This document shows positions 19,821 through 29,469 of a stretch of 64,000 nt of DNA, one piece after another (position 1 is the first letter of the stretch; each line of letters begins with the position of its first letter). The stretch lies in the NCBI GenBank assembly GCA_046704425.1, contig JBJKRX010000158.1:7354-71353 (forward strand). Direction: 5' to 3'. Source of the stretch: Nitrospirota bacterium (GTDB taxonomy: Bacteria > Nitrospirota > UBA9217). The notes under the pieces are model-generated. The model saw only the letters and a program-made list of their open reading frames with translations. It had not been told where the DNA came from and ran no database searches. Made by a program: the position numbers and the translations under genes.

Positions 19821-20339
19821 ATGGTCATCGTCTTTACCGGGGACGGAAAGGGGAAAACGAGTGCTGCGTTGGGCACGGCCCTGCGCGCGTACGGCCACAA
19901 CCTCTCCGTTTCTTTAATCCAGTTCATCAAGGGCTCCGGAGCGACAGGTGAATCCCTGGCGGCGGAACGGCTCGGTCCACGGTTCGAGTTTCTCTCCCTC
20001 GGGAATGGCTTCGTGAACGGCACCGATGATGCAAGAACGCGGGAAGCGCATGTGCGTGCTGCCGAAGAGGCCTTCGCTGTCGCCCGTCAAAGGGTTGTGT
20101 CGGACTCCTGGGATATCGTGATCCTCGATGAGATCAATAATGCCGTGGCGCTTGGCTTGCTCGACGTGGACCGGGTGCTTACACTCGTTCGGGAAAGGCC
20201 TCCCCATCTCCATTTGATCCTCACCGGACGGAATGCCCACCCTGCCGTCATTGCTGCAGCAGACCTCGTTACGGAGATGCGTGCGATCAAGCATCCCTAT
20301 GACGAGGGAAGGCCGGCGGTGCGGGGGATCGATTTTTGA
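19821..20339 (+). CDS. cobO: cob(I)yrinic acid a,c-diamide adenosyltransferase (CobO/BtuR)
   Basis: MVIVFTGDGKGKTSAALG P-loop and the CobO/BtuR family pattern. The upstream part of the long ORF at 19221 is antisense to the PBP gene and was discarded. Confidence 0.8.
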   Translation: MVIVFTGDGKGKTSAALGTALRAYGHNLSVSLIQFIKGSGATGESLAAERLGPRFEFLSLGNGFVNGTDDARTREAHVRAAEEAFAVARQRVVSDSWDIVILDEINNAVALGLLDVDRVLTLVRERPPHLHLILTGRNAHPAVIAAADLVTEMRAIKHPYDEGRPAVRGIDF

Positions 20340-20418
20340 AAGGAAAATTGACTTTCCGCCGCTTACGTGATAGCATAGAATCGCGTCTCGGCGAAAGAAG
20401 CCGGTCCGCCGACTGCCA

Positions 20419-21393
20419 ATGAAGACAACCGCTGCACGCCTGACCATAGAGAACGAGGGCGCGTTGCCCGTTCTCTTCGGGGATCTGGACAATCACCTCA
20501 GATTGATCGAACGCAGCATGGGCGTCGTCCTGTCGGCGCGGGGAAACAGCATCCAGATCGAGGGCGAAGAGCCGACCGTGACGGCGGCAGCGCGTCTCAT
20601 TCGGCAGCTCGAGCACCTGCTCTCCGAGGGTATCATCAGCCGCAAAGACGATGTGGAGCACGCCATCCGGACCTATATCGCCGACCCCGCCGCACCGCTG
20701 AAGGAGCTCTTTCAGCAGACCATCCCCGTTTCCAGCAGGAAGAGGCCGGTTACCCTCAAGAACGAGGCCCAGCGCAGATACGTCGACGCGATCCGGCAGG
20801 CCGATGTCGTTTTCGGCATCGGCCCCGCGGGCACGGGCAAGACCTATCTCGCCATGGCCACGGCCGTTTCGGCGCTCCTGCGGCGGGAGGTGAGCCGGAT
20901 CATCCTCGTCCGGCCAGCGGTCGAGGCCGGCGAAAAACTCGGGTTCCTCCCCGGCGATTTGTACGAAAAGGTCAATCCCTACCTCCGGCCGCTCTATGAC
21001 GCCCTGTACGACATGATCGAGACGGAGAAGGCGAATAAGCTTGTCGAACGAGGGGATATCGAGATCGCACCGCTTGCCTTCATGCGGGGGCGTACGCTGA
21101 ATGATTCGTTCATCATCCTCGACGAAGCGCAGAATACGACCTCCGAACAGATGAAGATGTTCCTGACCCGGCTGGGCTTCAATTCGAAGACGGTCATTAC
21201 CGGGGACATTACCCAGGTCGACCTCCCGAGCGGCAAGGCATCCGGCCTCATTGAGGTGCAGCGCATCCTTGAGGGGATCGAGGGGATCCGGTTTCTCTAT
21301 TTTACGAACCGCGACGTCGTCCGCCACCGGCTCGTCCAGCAGATCATCAAGGCATACGAACGTCATGAGGCATCCGATGCTCCGGATCAATGA
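20419..21393 (+). CDS. phoH: PhoH-like ATPase
   Basis: Walker A GIGPAGTGKTYLA and the conserved PhoH core. Confidence 0.9.
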   Translation: MKTTAARLTIENEGALPVLFGDLDNHLRLIERSMGVVLSARGNSIQIEGEEPTVTAAARLIRQLEHLLSEGIISRKDDVEHAIRTYIADPAAPLKELFQQTIPVSSRKRPVTLKNEAQRRYVDAIRQADVVFGIGPAGTGKTYLAMATAVSALLRREVSRIILVRPAVEAGEKLGFLPGDLYEKVNPYLRPLYDALYDMIETEKANKLVERGDIEIAPLAFMRGRTLNDSFIILDEAQNTTSEQMKMFLTRLGFNSKTVITGDITQVDLPSGKASGLIEVQRILEGIEGIRFLYFTNRDVVRHRLVQQIIKAYERHEASDAPDQ

Positions 21394-23167
21394 CGCGGTC
21401 ATGAAGCTCCTTCCCAAGACCTGGACCCGGGAGGCCGAACGCGAGGAGCCCCTCATCCCGCCTTCGCGCCGCACTGTATTTTTCAATGCCGCGCTCGCGT
21501 GCACGGCGGCATTTATACTCGCATTCCTTCTGATGCCGCGGCTGCCGCACCTTGCCGAAGGCGACCTGGCGACGCAAAGCATCATTTCCCCCGCAGCATT
21601 TACACTTGCCGTAACAATGAAGGACGGATCCGTGCAGACCCTGCGAATGCGGAAAGGCGAACTCGTCGTTGCGGCGGGGCATCGCGTGACCGACCGCGCT
21701 GAGCGGATCCTTCGGGCGATCGAGCAGCAACAGCGTTTTTCCGCCTCGCTACAGGCATGGGGGGGATTGGTCCTGCTCACCCTTGCGCTGCTGTACATTT
21801 TTTCCCGCGATATCAAACGCTACCGTCCGGCACTGATCGGCGATCGGAAAAAGCTTTTTCTGATCGTCTTCCTCCTCCTGCTCACCGTGGCCGGATCACT
21901 CGGGGCAAAATACATCTTCGCACAGCTTGCCGACAAACTCCATCTGGACAGCGTCACGATCGCTTTTTTGCTCCCCGTTGCGGCAGGAAGCATGTTGATG
22001 ACGATGCTGTTCGATTTTCATCTGGCCCTCGGCTTCTCTTTTCTCGTCAGTATCCTCCTCGGCCTGGCTTTCCAGCGCGATCCGTTCATCCCCGTCTATT
22101 TTTTCCTCGGGAGCATCGTCGCCGCACTCAGCGTGATCCAGTGTCGGAAACGGACGGCGGTGCTGCGGGCGGGCGGGCTCACCGGTTTGGTCAACCTCGT
22201 CATCATCCTTGGGATCGATCTCAATCGCGGCGAACTGGCGATTCGCGCACCCTATCAACTCCCCGCGGGTTTTCTCGGTGCGATCGCCGTGACCATGATT
22301 GTGTCTGCGACCCTTCCTTTTTTCGAGACGGTCTTTGATGTCGCTACGGACATCAAACTGCTTGAGCTCCTGGACCCCAATCATCCGCTGCTCAAGAGCC
22401 TCGTCTATACCTGTCCGGGGACCTATCACCACAGCATCATGATCGGGAACCTGGCGGAGGCCGCTGCTGAGGCCATCGGTGCAAACCCGATCCTGGCACG
22501 CGTCGGCGCGTACTATCATGATATCGGCAAGATGGACAAGCCTGAGTATTTCATTGAAAACCAGCGGCCGGCGGAGAACAAACACGATCGTCTCGCCCCG
22601 TCGATGAGCAGCCTGATCATCTCGTCGCATGTCAAAGAGGGGGTCGAGCTCGCCCGAAAACATCGCTTGCCTTCAGCGGTGATCGACATCATTCGACAAC
22701 ATCACGGCACGTCGTTGATCTCCTATTTCTATCAGAAGGCTCGCGAGCAGCAGCCTTTGGTTCCCGTATCCGAGCAGGAGTATCGTTATCTTGGGCCGCG
22801 GCCGCGCACCAAGGTGGCCGCCATCGTCATGCTGGCCGACGCGGTTGAGGCTGCATCGCGGACCCTGGACAATCCTACCTACGACCGAATCCAAGGGCTG
22901 ACGAACAGCGTGGTGACCCGGATATTCCTCGACAATCAATTGAGCCAGTGTGATCTTACGCTTAAGGATCTGCGCGTGATCTCCAAAAGCTTTATCTTTG
23001 TGCTGACCGGCATCTTTCACCACCGGATCGACTATCCCGGGATCGATTTCGGCGAAAAGAAACGCAGTGATCATCCGAATAAAAAACAACCTGAAGAAAA
23101 GAAAACCAGCGACGGCAGGCAGCAGGGCAAGGCTCCGCACTCTCTTGCGGATGTGCGGCGCAGCTGA
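21365..23167 (+). CDS. pgpH: 7TM-receptor HD/HDIG phosphohydrolase (PgpH-like)
   Basis: Seven TM helices followed by an HD domain (HH ... HHDIGK ... QHHG). Same phoH-pgpH-ybeY-dgkA order as in Bacillus. Start could be 21401 instead. Confidence 0.8.
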   Translation: MRHPMLRINDAVMKLLPKTWTREAEREEPLIPPSRRTVFFNAALACTAAFILAFLLMPRLPHLAEGDLATQSIISPAAFTLAVTMKDGSVQTLRMRKGELVVAAGHRVTDRAERILRAIEQQQRFSASLQAWGGLVLLTLALLYIFSRDIKRYRPALIGDRKKLFLIVFLLLLTVAGSLGAKYIFAQLADKLHLDSVTIAFLLPVAAGSMLMTMLFDFHLALGFSFLVSILLGLAFQRDPFIPVYFFLGSIVAALSVIQCRKRTAVLRAGGLTGLVNLVIILGIDLNRGELAIRAPYQLPAGFLGAIAVTMIVSATLPFFETVFDVATDIKLLELLDPNHPLLKSLVYTCPGTYHHSIMIGNLAEAAAEAIGANPILARVGAYYHDIGKMDKPEYFIENQRPAENKHDRLAPSMSSLIISSHVKEGVELARKHRLPSAVIDIIRQHHGTSLISYFYQKAREQQPLVPVSEQEYRYLGPRPRTKVAAIVMLADAVEAASRTLDNPTYDRIQGLTNSVVTRIFLDNQLSQCDLTLKDLRVISKSFIFVLTGIFHHRIDYPGIDFGEKKRSDHPNKKQPEEKKTSDGRQQGKAPHSLADVRRS

Positions 23168-23507
23168 AGACGCGGAATTAAGCGTCCTCTTCGTGGGTGA
23201 TCGGGCCATGCGCTCGCTCAACCGTCGCTATCGCGGAAGGGACCGCACGACAGACGTCCTTTCGTTCTCGCTGCGGGAAGGCCCCTATGCCGCGGTTCAG
23301 CCGCACCTTTTGGGAGATATCGTGGTCTGCGTGCCCCAGGCGGAGCGGCAGGCGGGGAACGATGGAAAAGCGCTGCGGTACGAGATCGATCGGTTGCTGA
23401 TCCACGGCCTGTTGCATTTGCTGGGGTACGACCACGAGCGGGGCGCGACGGAAGCACGCAGGATGCGCCGCCGCGAGGAGATGCTGGCGCGGAGGTTGGC
23501 GCAATGA
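23067..23507 (+). CDS. ybeY: rRNA maturation endoribonuclease YbeY
   Basis: HGLLHLLGYDHE zinc-binding motif and the TDVLSF motif. Overlaps the upstream gene by about 100 nt; an alternative ATG at 23151 would give a truncated N-terminus. Confidence 0.8.
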   Translation: MIIRIKNNLKKRKPATAGSRARLRTLLRMCGAAEDAELSVLFVGDRAMRSLNRRYRGRDRTTDVLSFSLREGPYAAVQPHLLGDIVVCVPQAERQAGNDGKALRYEIDRLLIHGLLHLLGYDHERGATEARRMRRREEMLARRLAQ

Positions 23508-24205
23508 AGCCGAAAACCTGGGTCCAGAGCGCCAACGTCGCTATCGAAGGAATCATTTACGCCGTTAAGACCCAGCGGCACATGCGGTATCATCTGATCT
23601 CCGCCCTGGCCGCCTTGGTACTGGGATTGTTCCTGAATATTTCCCGGACCGATTTTATCCTTCTGTGCGTGGTGATCGTGCTCGTCCTCGCCACGGAGAT
23701 GCTGAATACCGCGATCGAGACGATGGTCGATCTGATATCCGGCGAGTATCATCCCCTTGCCAAGATCGCCAAGGATATAGCCGCGGGCGTCGTGCTCGTG
23801 GCATCCGTGGCAGCGCTGACCCTGGGGTATCTGATCCTGTACCCTGCGTTGGAGTCGGTCATAACGAGCGGGTCATGGCATGTCCGGAAGGCGCCACACG
23901 ACGTCCTCGCCTTCGTGTCGCTTACCGTCGTCGTCATTCTGGTGATCTTCATCAAGGCCCTTGTCGGAAAGGGGGAGCCCCTGCATGGCGGCATGCCCAG
24001 CGGACATGCCGCGGTTTCCTTCTCAATCTGGGCGACGGCGTACCATCTTTCGGATTCCACAGCTGTCATACTGATGACGCTGCTGCTGGCGATTATGGTG
24101 AGCTGGAGCAGGTGGTCGTCAGGAATCCACCGGCCCAGCGAAGTGGTCGCGGGGGCATTGCTCGGGGCGGGGGTAACGTTTCTTTTCTTCGTAATCTTCA
24201 GTTAA
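23504..24205 (+). CDS. dgkA: fused diacylglycerol/undecaprenol kinase (DgkA) - PAP2 phosphatase
   Basis: The N-terminal ~120 aa match prokaryotic DgkA (three TM helices, EMLNTAIE). The C-terminal half carries PAP2 motifs KALVGKGEP, PSGH and SRWSSGIHRPSEV. Confidence 0.75.
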   Translation: MKPKTWVQSANVAIEGIIYAVKTQRHMRYHLISALAALVLGLFLNISRTDFILLCVVIVLVLATEMLNTAIETMVDLISGEYHPLAKIAKDIAAGVVLVASVAALTLGYLILYPALESVITSGSWHVRKAPHDVLAFVSLTVVVILVIFIKALVGKGEPLHGGMPSGHAAVSFSIWATAYHLSDSTAVILMTLLLAIMVSWSRWSSGIHRPSEVVAGALLGAGVTFLFFVIFS

Positions 24206-24277
24206 CCGGTTTCACGCCGAAATGCGGCGATCCTTTCCCGGGAGGGCGTTCTTGACGGTAGGCGCAGGGAGGGCGCG

Positions 24278-24631
24278 GTGATCGATCAGATTCTGAGTGA
24301 ACTCATCGAGAACGTGAACGGAGCCCGTGCAGCGGTCTTTCTAGACGATGAAGGGGAGATGATCTCGCAGGTCGGGGACGACTCCATCGACATGCGGCTG
24401 GTCGGCGCCTGGAAAGAGATCCACCTCGAGCACATTCGGGAGATCGCGGAGCGTCTCGGTCTGGGAGGCGTCCATGCCGTTCTGTTTTCGCTCGATGAGG
24501 GGAATGAACTGATCGTCCCGGTTGCGGATGAGTATTGTCTCTTGTTGTTCCTGTCGAGTTATGCAGACATCAAGGGCGCAATGGATGGACTGCGGACCGC
24601 CGTGGTCCGCCTGCGGGAGGACATCGCATGA
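24278..24631 (+). CDS. Roadblock/LC7 (MglB-like) domain protein, putative
   Basis: Size and alpha/beta pattern consistent with the roadblock fold. Weak assignment. Confidence 0.35.
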   Translation: MIDQILSELIENVNGARAAVFLDDEGEMISQVGDDSIDMRLVGAWKEIHLEHIREIAERLGLGGVHAVLFSLDEGNELIVPVADEYCLLLFLSSYADIKGAMDGLRTAVVRLREDIA

Positions 24632-24637
24632 GTATGC

Positions 24638-25597
24638 TCAGAGTTCGTCGAACATCCCCAATTTCCTGAACTTTTCGTACCGCTGCTTCACCAGGTCATT
24701 CGAGGGGAGATTGCCAATTTCGGCGAGGTTGCGGCAGATCGCGTCCTTCAGCAGCTCCGCGGCGCGGCGGGGGTCCCGATGCGCCCCGCCGATGGGCTCC
24801 TCGATAACCTCATCGATTACCTGAAGGTGAAACAAGTCCTGCGCAGTCAGCTTGAGCAGTTCTGCCGCTTCATTCGCTTTGCCGCCGTTGTTCCACAGGA
24901 TCGCCGCGCACCCTTCGGGAGAGATGACCGAATAGGTGGCGTGTTCGAGCATCAGGACGCGATCGGCCACGCCGAGGGCCAGTGCGCCGCCGCTTCCCCC
25001 TTCGCCGATCACGACCGTGACGAGGGGAACGGTCAGTTGCGACATGACCGCGAGGTTCCGGGCAATCGATTCTCCCTGGCCGCGCTCTTCGGCGCCGATC
25101 CCGGGGTAGGCGCCCTGCGTGTCGATGAATGTCACGACGGGCCGGCGAAATTTTTCCGCAAAGCGCATGAGCCGCAACGCCTTCCGGTATCCCTCGGGGT
25201 TCGGCTGGCCAAAATTGCGATGCATGCGCTCTTTGAGCGTCCGGCCTTTCTGGTGTCCGATCACGACCAGCGGCGCGCCGTCGAGCTTCGCGATTCCGCA
25301 GACGATCGCCGGGTCATCGGCGAATCCGCGGTCTCCGTGCATTTCGACGAAGTCGGTCATCATCGCCTCGATATAATCGAGGGTATAGGGGCGGTTCGGG
25401 TGACGGGAGATCAGGATCTTCTGCCAAGGGGAGAGATTGGTGTAGATCTCGACCAGGAGTTGATCCGATTTCTTCTGGAGCTTGATGATCTCTTCTTCCA
25501 GGTCGATGCCGCCGTTGGAGGTGAAGAGCGACAGCTCCTCGATCTTCTTCTCCAGTTCTGCGATCGGCTTCTCAAATTCCAGATAGTCGTGAGCCAA
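24638..25597 (-). CDS. accA: acetyl-CoA carboxylase carboxyltransferase alpha subunit
   Basis: Strong AccA pattern (DFEKPI ... GGAYPG ... RNFGMP-like core). 319 aa. Confidence 0.9.
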   Translation of the reverse strand: MAHDYLEFEKPIAELEKKIEELSLFTSNGGIDLEEEIIKLQKKSDQLLVEIYTNLSPWQKILISRHPNRPYTLDYIEAMMTDFVEMHGDRGFADDPAIVCGIAKLDGAPLVVIGHQKGRTLKERMHRNFGQPNPEGYRKALRLMRFAEKFRRPVVTFIDTQGAYPGIGAEERGQGESIARNLAVMSQLTVPLVTVVIGEGGSGGALALGVADRVLMLEHATYSVISPEGCAAILWNNGGKANEAAELLKLTAQDLFHLQVIDEVIEEPIGGAHRDPRRAAELLKDAICRNLAEIGNLPSNDLVKQRYEKFRKLGMFDEL

Positions 25598-25931
25598 GAG
25601 GGACTCCCGGGCCCGGGATTACGGGCAAAAAACAGTATGCCGCTCATACTGACGCGGCAGAGGGATAGATGCTCGAATGCAGGGATGCATTATCGGACTT
25701 TACCCGATACTTGTCAAGGCCTTGTTCCCGTTGCCCTGCGGGGAGTGGCGGGGAAGGGCCGGATTTGCGGGAAAATGTCGGGCAAGAAGGCCGGCAGCGC
25801 GCGGAGATGCAATGGCGGTGGGAGGCGGTGCCGAAATGCGGCTGACGGCGGCGCAGACGTATCTGCTTGCCTTTTCCGCCCGGTTGTAGTATTTTCCGGC
25901 GTCCTGCAGCACTAAGGACCGCGGGACATCC

Positions 25932-25946
25932 TGGCATATTTTCCGC
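25932..25946 (+). promoter_or_regulatory. candidate sigma-54 (-24/-12) promoter upstream of REC-PilZ gene
   Basis: TGGCAT-N6-CCGC with the GG and GC dinucleotides spaced as in the sigma-54 consensus TGGCAC-N5-TTGC. A sigma-54 activator is encoded in this window. Confidence 0.3.
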
Positions 25947-25963
25947 TTGAGGACGGACAGTCG

Positions 25964-26734
25964 ATGGTGAGAACCGACTGCATCACGGACAATTCCTGCA
26001 TGAAGCGCGACGATCGATTCATCCTGGTCGTCGACAGCAATGCGAACGAGTTATATTACACCGCCATGCTGCTTCAGCGGATGGAGTTCCGGGTCCATAC
26101 CTGCGGAACCGGGGAGGACGCGATCGACACGGTGACGGTGGTGCGGCCGGCACTCATCCTGACCGACCTTATGCTTGGCGACATGGACGGCCGTGATCTG
26201 CTGAATCGTATTCGCGCCGTTCCGGGCGCCGCTTCGCTCCCGATCATCGGTCAGGCAGCCGACCTTGCACAGAAGCAGGAACAGCAGTACCTGCAGGCGG
26301 GATTTCAGGCCATCGTCAGAAAGCCGATCCAAGCGGAGGAACTCTACCGGATCGTGCAGTCCGTCATGGAGTCAACGCCGCGGCGGAACATCCGCATCAT
26401 TGCCAGCATCCCCGTCGTGGTGAACGGTCAGCCCTTCAGCTTCCGGGATGGAGAATGCGGTACCATTCTCTCCGAAAACGGCATGTATGTCCGGACGCTC
26501 AAGCCGCTTCCGATCAAATCACAGATCAGCATCCGGATGACCATTCAACGGCGCGAGATCACCCTTGCTGCAGAGGTGCTCTACAGTTACCGGTTCGACG
26601 AGGGCCCCTATCTGGAACCCGGGATGGGGCTGCGGTTCGTCCATATCGAACCGGGCGACCAGGAGTTCATCCGGCAATTCATCCGCGATGAGATCACCCG
26701 GGGCATTCAGCCCCTGCAACACGGAGAGTGGTAG
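25964..26734 (+). CDS. response regulator receiver fused to PilZ-like domain
   Basis: REC-domain acidic pocket and phosphoacceptor Asp (ILTDLMLGDMDG). C-terminal RxxxR ... (D/N)xSxxG-like PilZ signature (RRNIRI ... LSENGMYV). Start may be the internal Met at 26000. Confidence 0.6.
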   Translation: MVRTDCITDNSCMKRDDRFILVVDSNANELYYTAMLLQRMEFRVHTCGTGEDAIDTVTVVRPALILTDLMLGDMDGRDLLNRIRAVPGAASLPIIGQAADLAQKQEQQYLQAGFQAIVRKPIQAEELYRIVQSVMESTPRRNIRIIASIPVVVNGQPFSFRDGECGTILSENGMYVRTLKPLPIKSQISIRMTIQRREITLAAEVLYSYRFDEGPYLEPGMGLRFVHIEPGDQEFIRQFIRDEITRGIQPLQHGEW

Positions 26735-26787
26735 TCCGGCATCGTCCTTCTGCGCCGGGATGACTACGGATACAAGGAGGAGGTAAC

Positions 26788-27120
26788 GTGGAACTGGATG
26801 TGCGCGTCAATGACGCATCGCTGGCGATCACGCTCGACGATCCTTTTCATCTGGACCTGGATTCCCTCATGGAGAGGATCGGGGCGTTCGCCGGATCGCA
26901 GGGATGTACGCTGAATGGGTTGGATGTCAAGGGGCTCCTGCCGCGCATGGTCAAGGGGATCGCGGGATGCGAGGCCGGCTGTCCCGCGGACGCCAAGCGC
27001 GTCGTGCGCCAGGGCTTTCAGAGCTTTGCACTCGACTACATCGAGGGCGGGATTCTGAGCGCAACGGCTTCGCTCCCCGAGGGGGCCAAGCTGGCGATCC
27101 GGCTGTTCCCGGAGTTCTAA
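26788..27120 (+). CDS. hypothetical protein
   Basis: Good AGGAGG RBS 6 nt before GTG 26788. Protein-like composition, unlike the Arg-rich antisense ORF on the other strand. Confidence 0.4.
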   Translation: MELDVRVNDASLAITLDDPFHLDLDSLMERIGAFAGSQGCTLNGLDVKGLLPRMVKGIAGCEAGCPADAKRVVRQGFQSFALDYIEGGILSATASLPEGAKLAIRLFPEF

Positions 27121-27166
27121 CGCCGACGCCCGGAGCGTTCCGGCCGTCGCACGAGGGAGGACGATC

Positions 27167-27646
27167 ATGCAGAAACTTCGGAGAGATCCCGTTTGGGCGG
27201 TCATCGTGTCAGCCGGCGTCCTTTTCCTGTTGATCATCGGGGGCTGCCACCAGGGGCCGCCGCTGATCAGCATCGAGGACGCCCAGGCCTCCCTGTCCCC
27301 GGCAATCTACGGAGACGCCATGGCGACCATGAAGATCGTGAACAAGGGCGGCGCGGACGTCCTCACCGGTGTCCGGGTCGACGTGCCCGGAGCGACGGCG
27401 GCGCTCCATGTCATGGAGGGGCAGCGCATGGTGCGGATGGAGTCGCTGCGGGTCCCCCACGGCACTCTGGCTCTCACCATGGCAACGGGCCATATCATGA
27501 TCGAGAATATGCCGCGGGACACCAAGGCGGGAACGCCGATCGCCCTTACGCTCGTGTTCCAGAAATCCGGGGAGCGGCAGCTGCATCTGACCCTGCAGAA
27601 ACCCATGCCCATGACGATGCCCATGGAGCACGAGCATCACCCTTGA
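27167..27646 (+). CDS. copper chaperone PCu(A)C-like lipoprotein
   Basis: Lipobox IIGGC, a PCuAC (DUF461)-like core and a Met/His-rich C-terminal tail (MPMTMPMEHEHH). Confidence 0.55.
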   Translation: MQKLRRDPVWAVIVSAGVLFLLIIGGCHQGPPLISIEDAQASLSPAIYGDAMATMKIVNKGGADVLTGVRVDVPGATAALHVMEGQRMVRMESLRVPHGTLALTMATGHIMIENMPRDTKAGTPIALTLVFQKSGERQLHLTLQKPMPMTMPMEHEHHP

Positions 27647-27694
27647 GGCGAGGGAAGGTCACGGGGAAAAGACCGGCAGGAAGAGCGGAGTATG

Positions 27695-28243
27695 TCAGGA
27701 TTCGCCGACCGCGCCGTTTACGCGGTCGATGCGCAGGAGCACCACATTCCCCATCTTTTCGGTCGAGATGAGCATGGTCACGGCCTCTGGATCGTCGGCG
27801 TCTCCGCGCCGCAGGGTGGCTGGCACGGCGGAAAGGCTTTCCCCGGTCTCGGAGGTGTGGTAGATTGATCGCCGGATGGCGCAGCCCGAGCAATGGACCG
27901 TTCTGCCGCATCCCTGCTCCAGTCGCGCGTAGGCGCATTCGAAGACCTGGCCGCTCAAACGGCGCAGTACCTGCTCGGGCCCCTTGTGCAATAGTCCGTA
28001 TCCCTTGCTGTTGGCCGCCACGACTGTCGCGTCATTATCGACCATGAAGATCGGCGCCGGCAGGCTGTCGAGGAACTTCTGCAGCGGCACTCCCATCTGA
28101 AAAACCAGGAATTCCGCACAGCTTTGGCAGAGCGGCGGCTTGATCAGGCCGCCCTGGCGGCGGTTGCCCTCGCCCGGCCCGATCGGACCGTTGCACCAGA
28201 CGCAGCGTACGGAATCGCTTTCGTTGACGGGAATCCCGAGCAT
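27695..28243 (-). CDS. hypothetical protein with N-terminal Cys4 zinc-ribbon and PAS-like domain
   Basis: CVWC ... CQSC pair at the N-terminus. Remainder resembles a PAS fold. Further cysteines (CSGC). Confidence 0.4.
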   Translation of the reverse strand: MLGIPVNESDSVRCVWCNGPIGPGEGNRRQGGLIKPPLCQSCAEFLVFQMGVPLQKFLDSLPAPIFMVDNDATVVAANSKGYGLLHKGPEQVLRRLSGQVFECAYARLEQGCGRTVHCSGCAIRRSIYHTSETGESLSAVPATLRRGDADDPEAVTMLISTEKMGNVVLLRIDRVNGAVGES

Positions 28244-28260
28244 ATCCTCCCCAGGCGACC

Positions 28261-29469
28261 TCAGATGGTCTCCAATGCCTGCTGAAGGTCCGCGATCAGG
28301 TCGTCAATGTCCTCGAGCCCCAACGCCAGACGGACCAGATTGTCCACCATCCCGATGTCCTTGCGGAACTGCTCGGGATAGTCGAAGAAGGACATGGCCC
28401 ACATCTGGGTCACCAGGCTTTCGCTCCCGCCAAGACTCGGGGTGATCAGGAAAAGCTCCAGCGCATCGATGAACTTCCGCGTTTCCTTGTTCCCGCCCTT
28501 TACCAAAAAGCTGATCACGCTGCCGAAACCCTTCATCTGCTCCATGCCGATCTTGTGGTCCGGATGCGAGGCGAGCGCCGGGTACCAGACCTTCTCGATC
28601 TTGGGGTGCGCCTCGAGCATCGTGGCGATGGCGAGACCCGCCTTGTTGTGGTGCTCCATGCGCATGCCGAAGGTCTTGAGCCCCCGCTCGAGCAGGAAGC
28701 AGGTGAGGGGACCGGGCGTGGCGCCGATCATACGCTGCATCTTATAGCAGTCGGTCATGAGCGCCGCGGAACCGAGGGCCACGCCTGCCATCAGGTCGTT
28801 ATGGCCGCCATGATACTTGGTGGACGAGTGAATGACGATGTCCACGCCCAGGGCGAGGGGCTTGATGTTGTAGGGCGTGGCCAGGGTCGCATCGATGATG
28901 GTCATGATGTTCTTCGCTTTTGCCACCTTGACGATCGCCGGGATGTCGAGGATGCGGAGATAGGGATTCGTCGGCGATTCCGTGAAGATGATGTTCGTGT
29001 TCGGCTTGATTGCCGCCTCGATCGCCTCAGCCGTGGGGTCCACGATGGAATGCTCCACGCCGAACTTGCCGAGGAAATTCGTCGCGAAGTCCCGTGTCTG
29101 GCGGTAGCAGTCTCCCGTGAAGATGATGTGGCCCTTAGGCTTCATGAAGGTCATGATCGTGAGCAGCACGGCCGCCATGCCGGACGAGAACAGGACCGCC
29201 TTCTCTGCGCCCTCGATGGCCGCGAGCTTGCGTTCGGTCTCCTGCTGGGTGGGATTCCCGTAGCGCGCGTACTCATGCTCGCGGATCACCTTGCCCTGTC
29301 CCTTGGAACGCATGAAGTCCTCGACCTCGTCTGCCGTATCGAAGTAGTAGTTCGAGGTCTGGACAATTGGCGTCGAGACGGCGTGGTAGGGTTTCGGGAG
29401 CCTGCCCAGGCCGTGGATGGCCAGGGTGGCGGGATGCCACTTTTTCGGATCGGACGGGGTCTTAGCCAT
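28261..29469 (-). CDS. Cys/Met-metabolism PLP-dependent enzyme (cystathionine gamma-synthase / beta-lyase / sulfhydrylase family)
   Basis: YARYGNPT motif and the PLP-lysine region [17 protein letters not shown]. Start set at MAKTPSD, giving an 8-nt overlap with the thrC stop. Confidence 0.8.
   Translation of the reverse strand: MAKTPSDPKKWHPATLAIHGLGRLPKPYHAVSTPIVQTSNYYFDTADEVEDFMRSKGQGKVIREHEYARYGNPTQQETERKLAAIEGAEKAVLFSSGMAAVLLTIMTFMKPKGHIIFTGDCYRQTRDFATNFLGKFGVEHSIVDPTAEAIEAAIKPNTNIIFTESPTNPYLRILDIPAIVKVAKAKNIMTIIDATLATPYNIKPLALGVDIVIHSSTKYHGGHNDLMAGVALGSAALMTDCYKMQRMIGATPGPLTCFLLERGLKTFGMRMEHHNKAGLAIATMLEAHPKIEKVWYPALASHPDHKIGMEQMKGFGSVISFLVKGGNKETRKFIDALELFLITPSLGGSESLVTQMWAMSFFDYPEQFRKDIGMVDNLVRLALGLEDIDDLIADLQQALETI

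Noticed and set aside
20287-21816. 509-aa ORF on the minus strand
   Set aside because: Antisense to phoH and pgpH, which have strong family signatures. Arg/Ala/Pro-rich composition typical of spurious ORFs in about 65% GC DNA.
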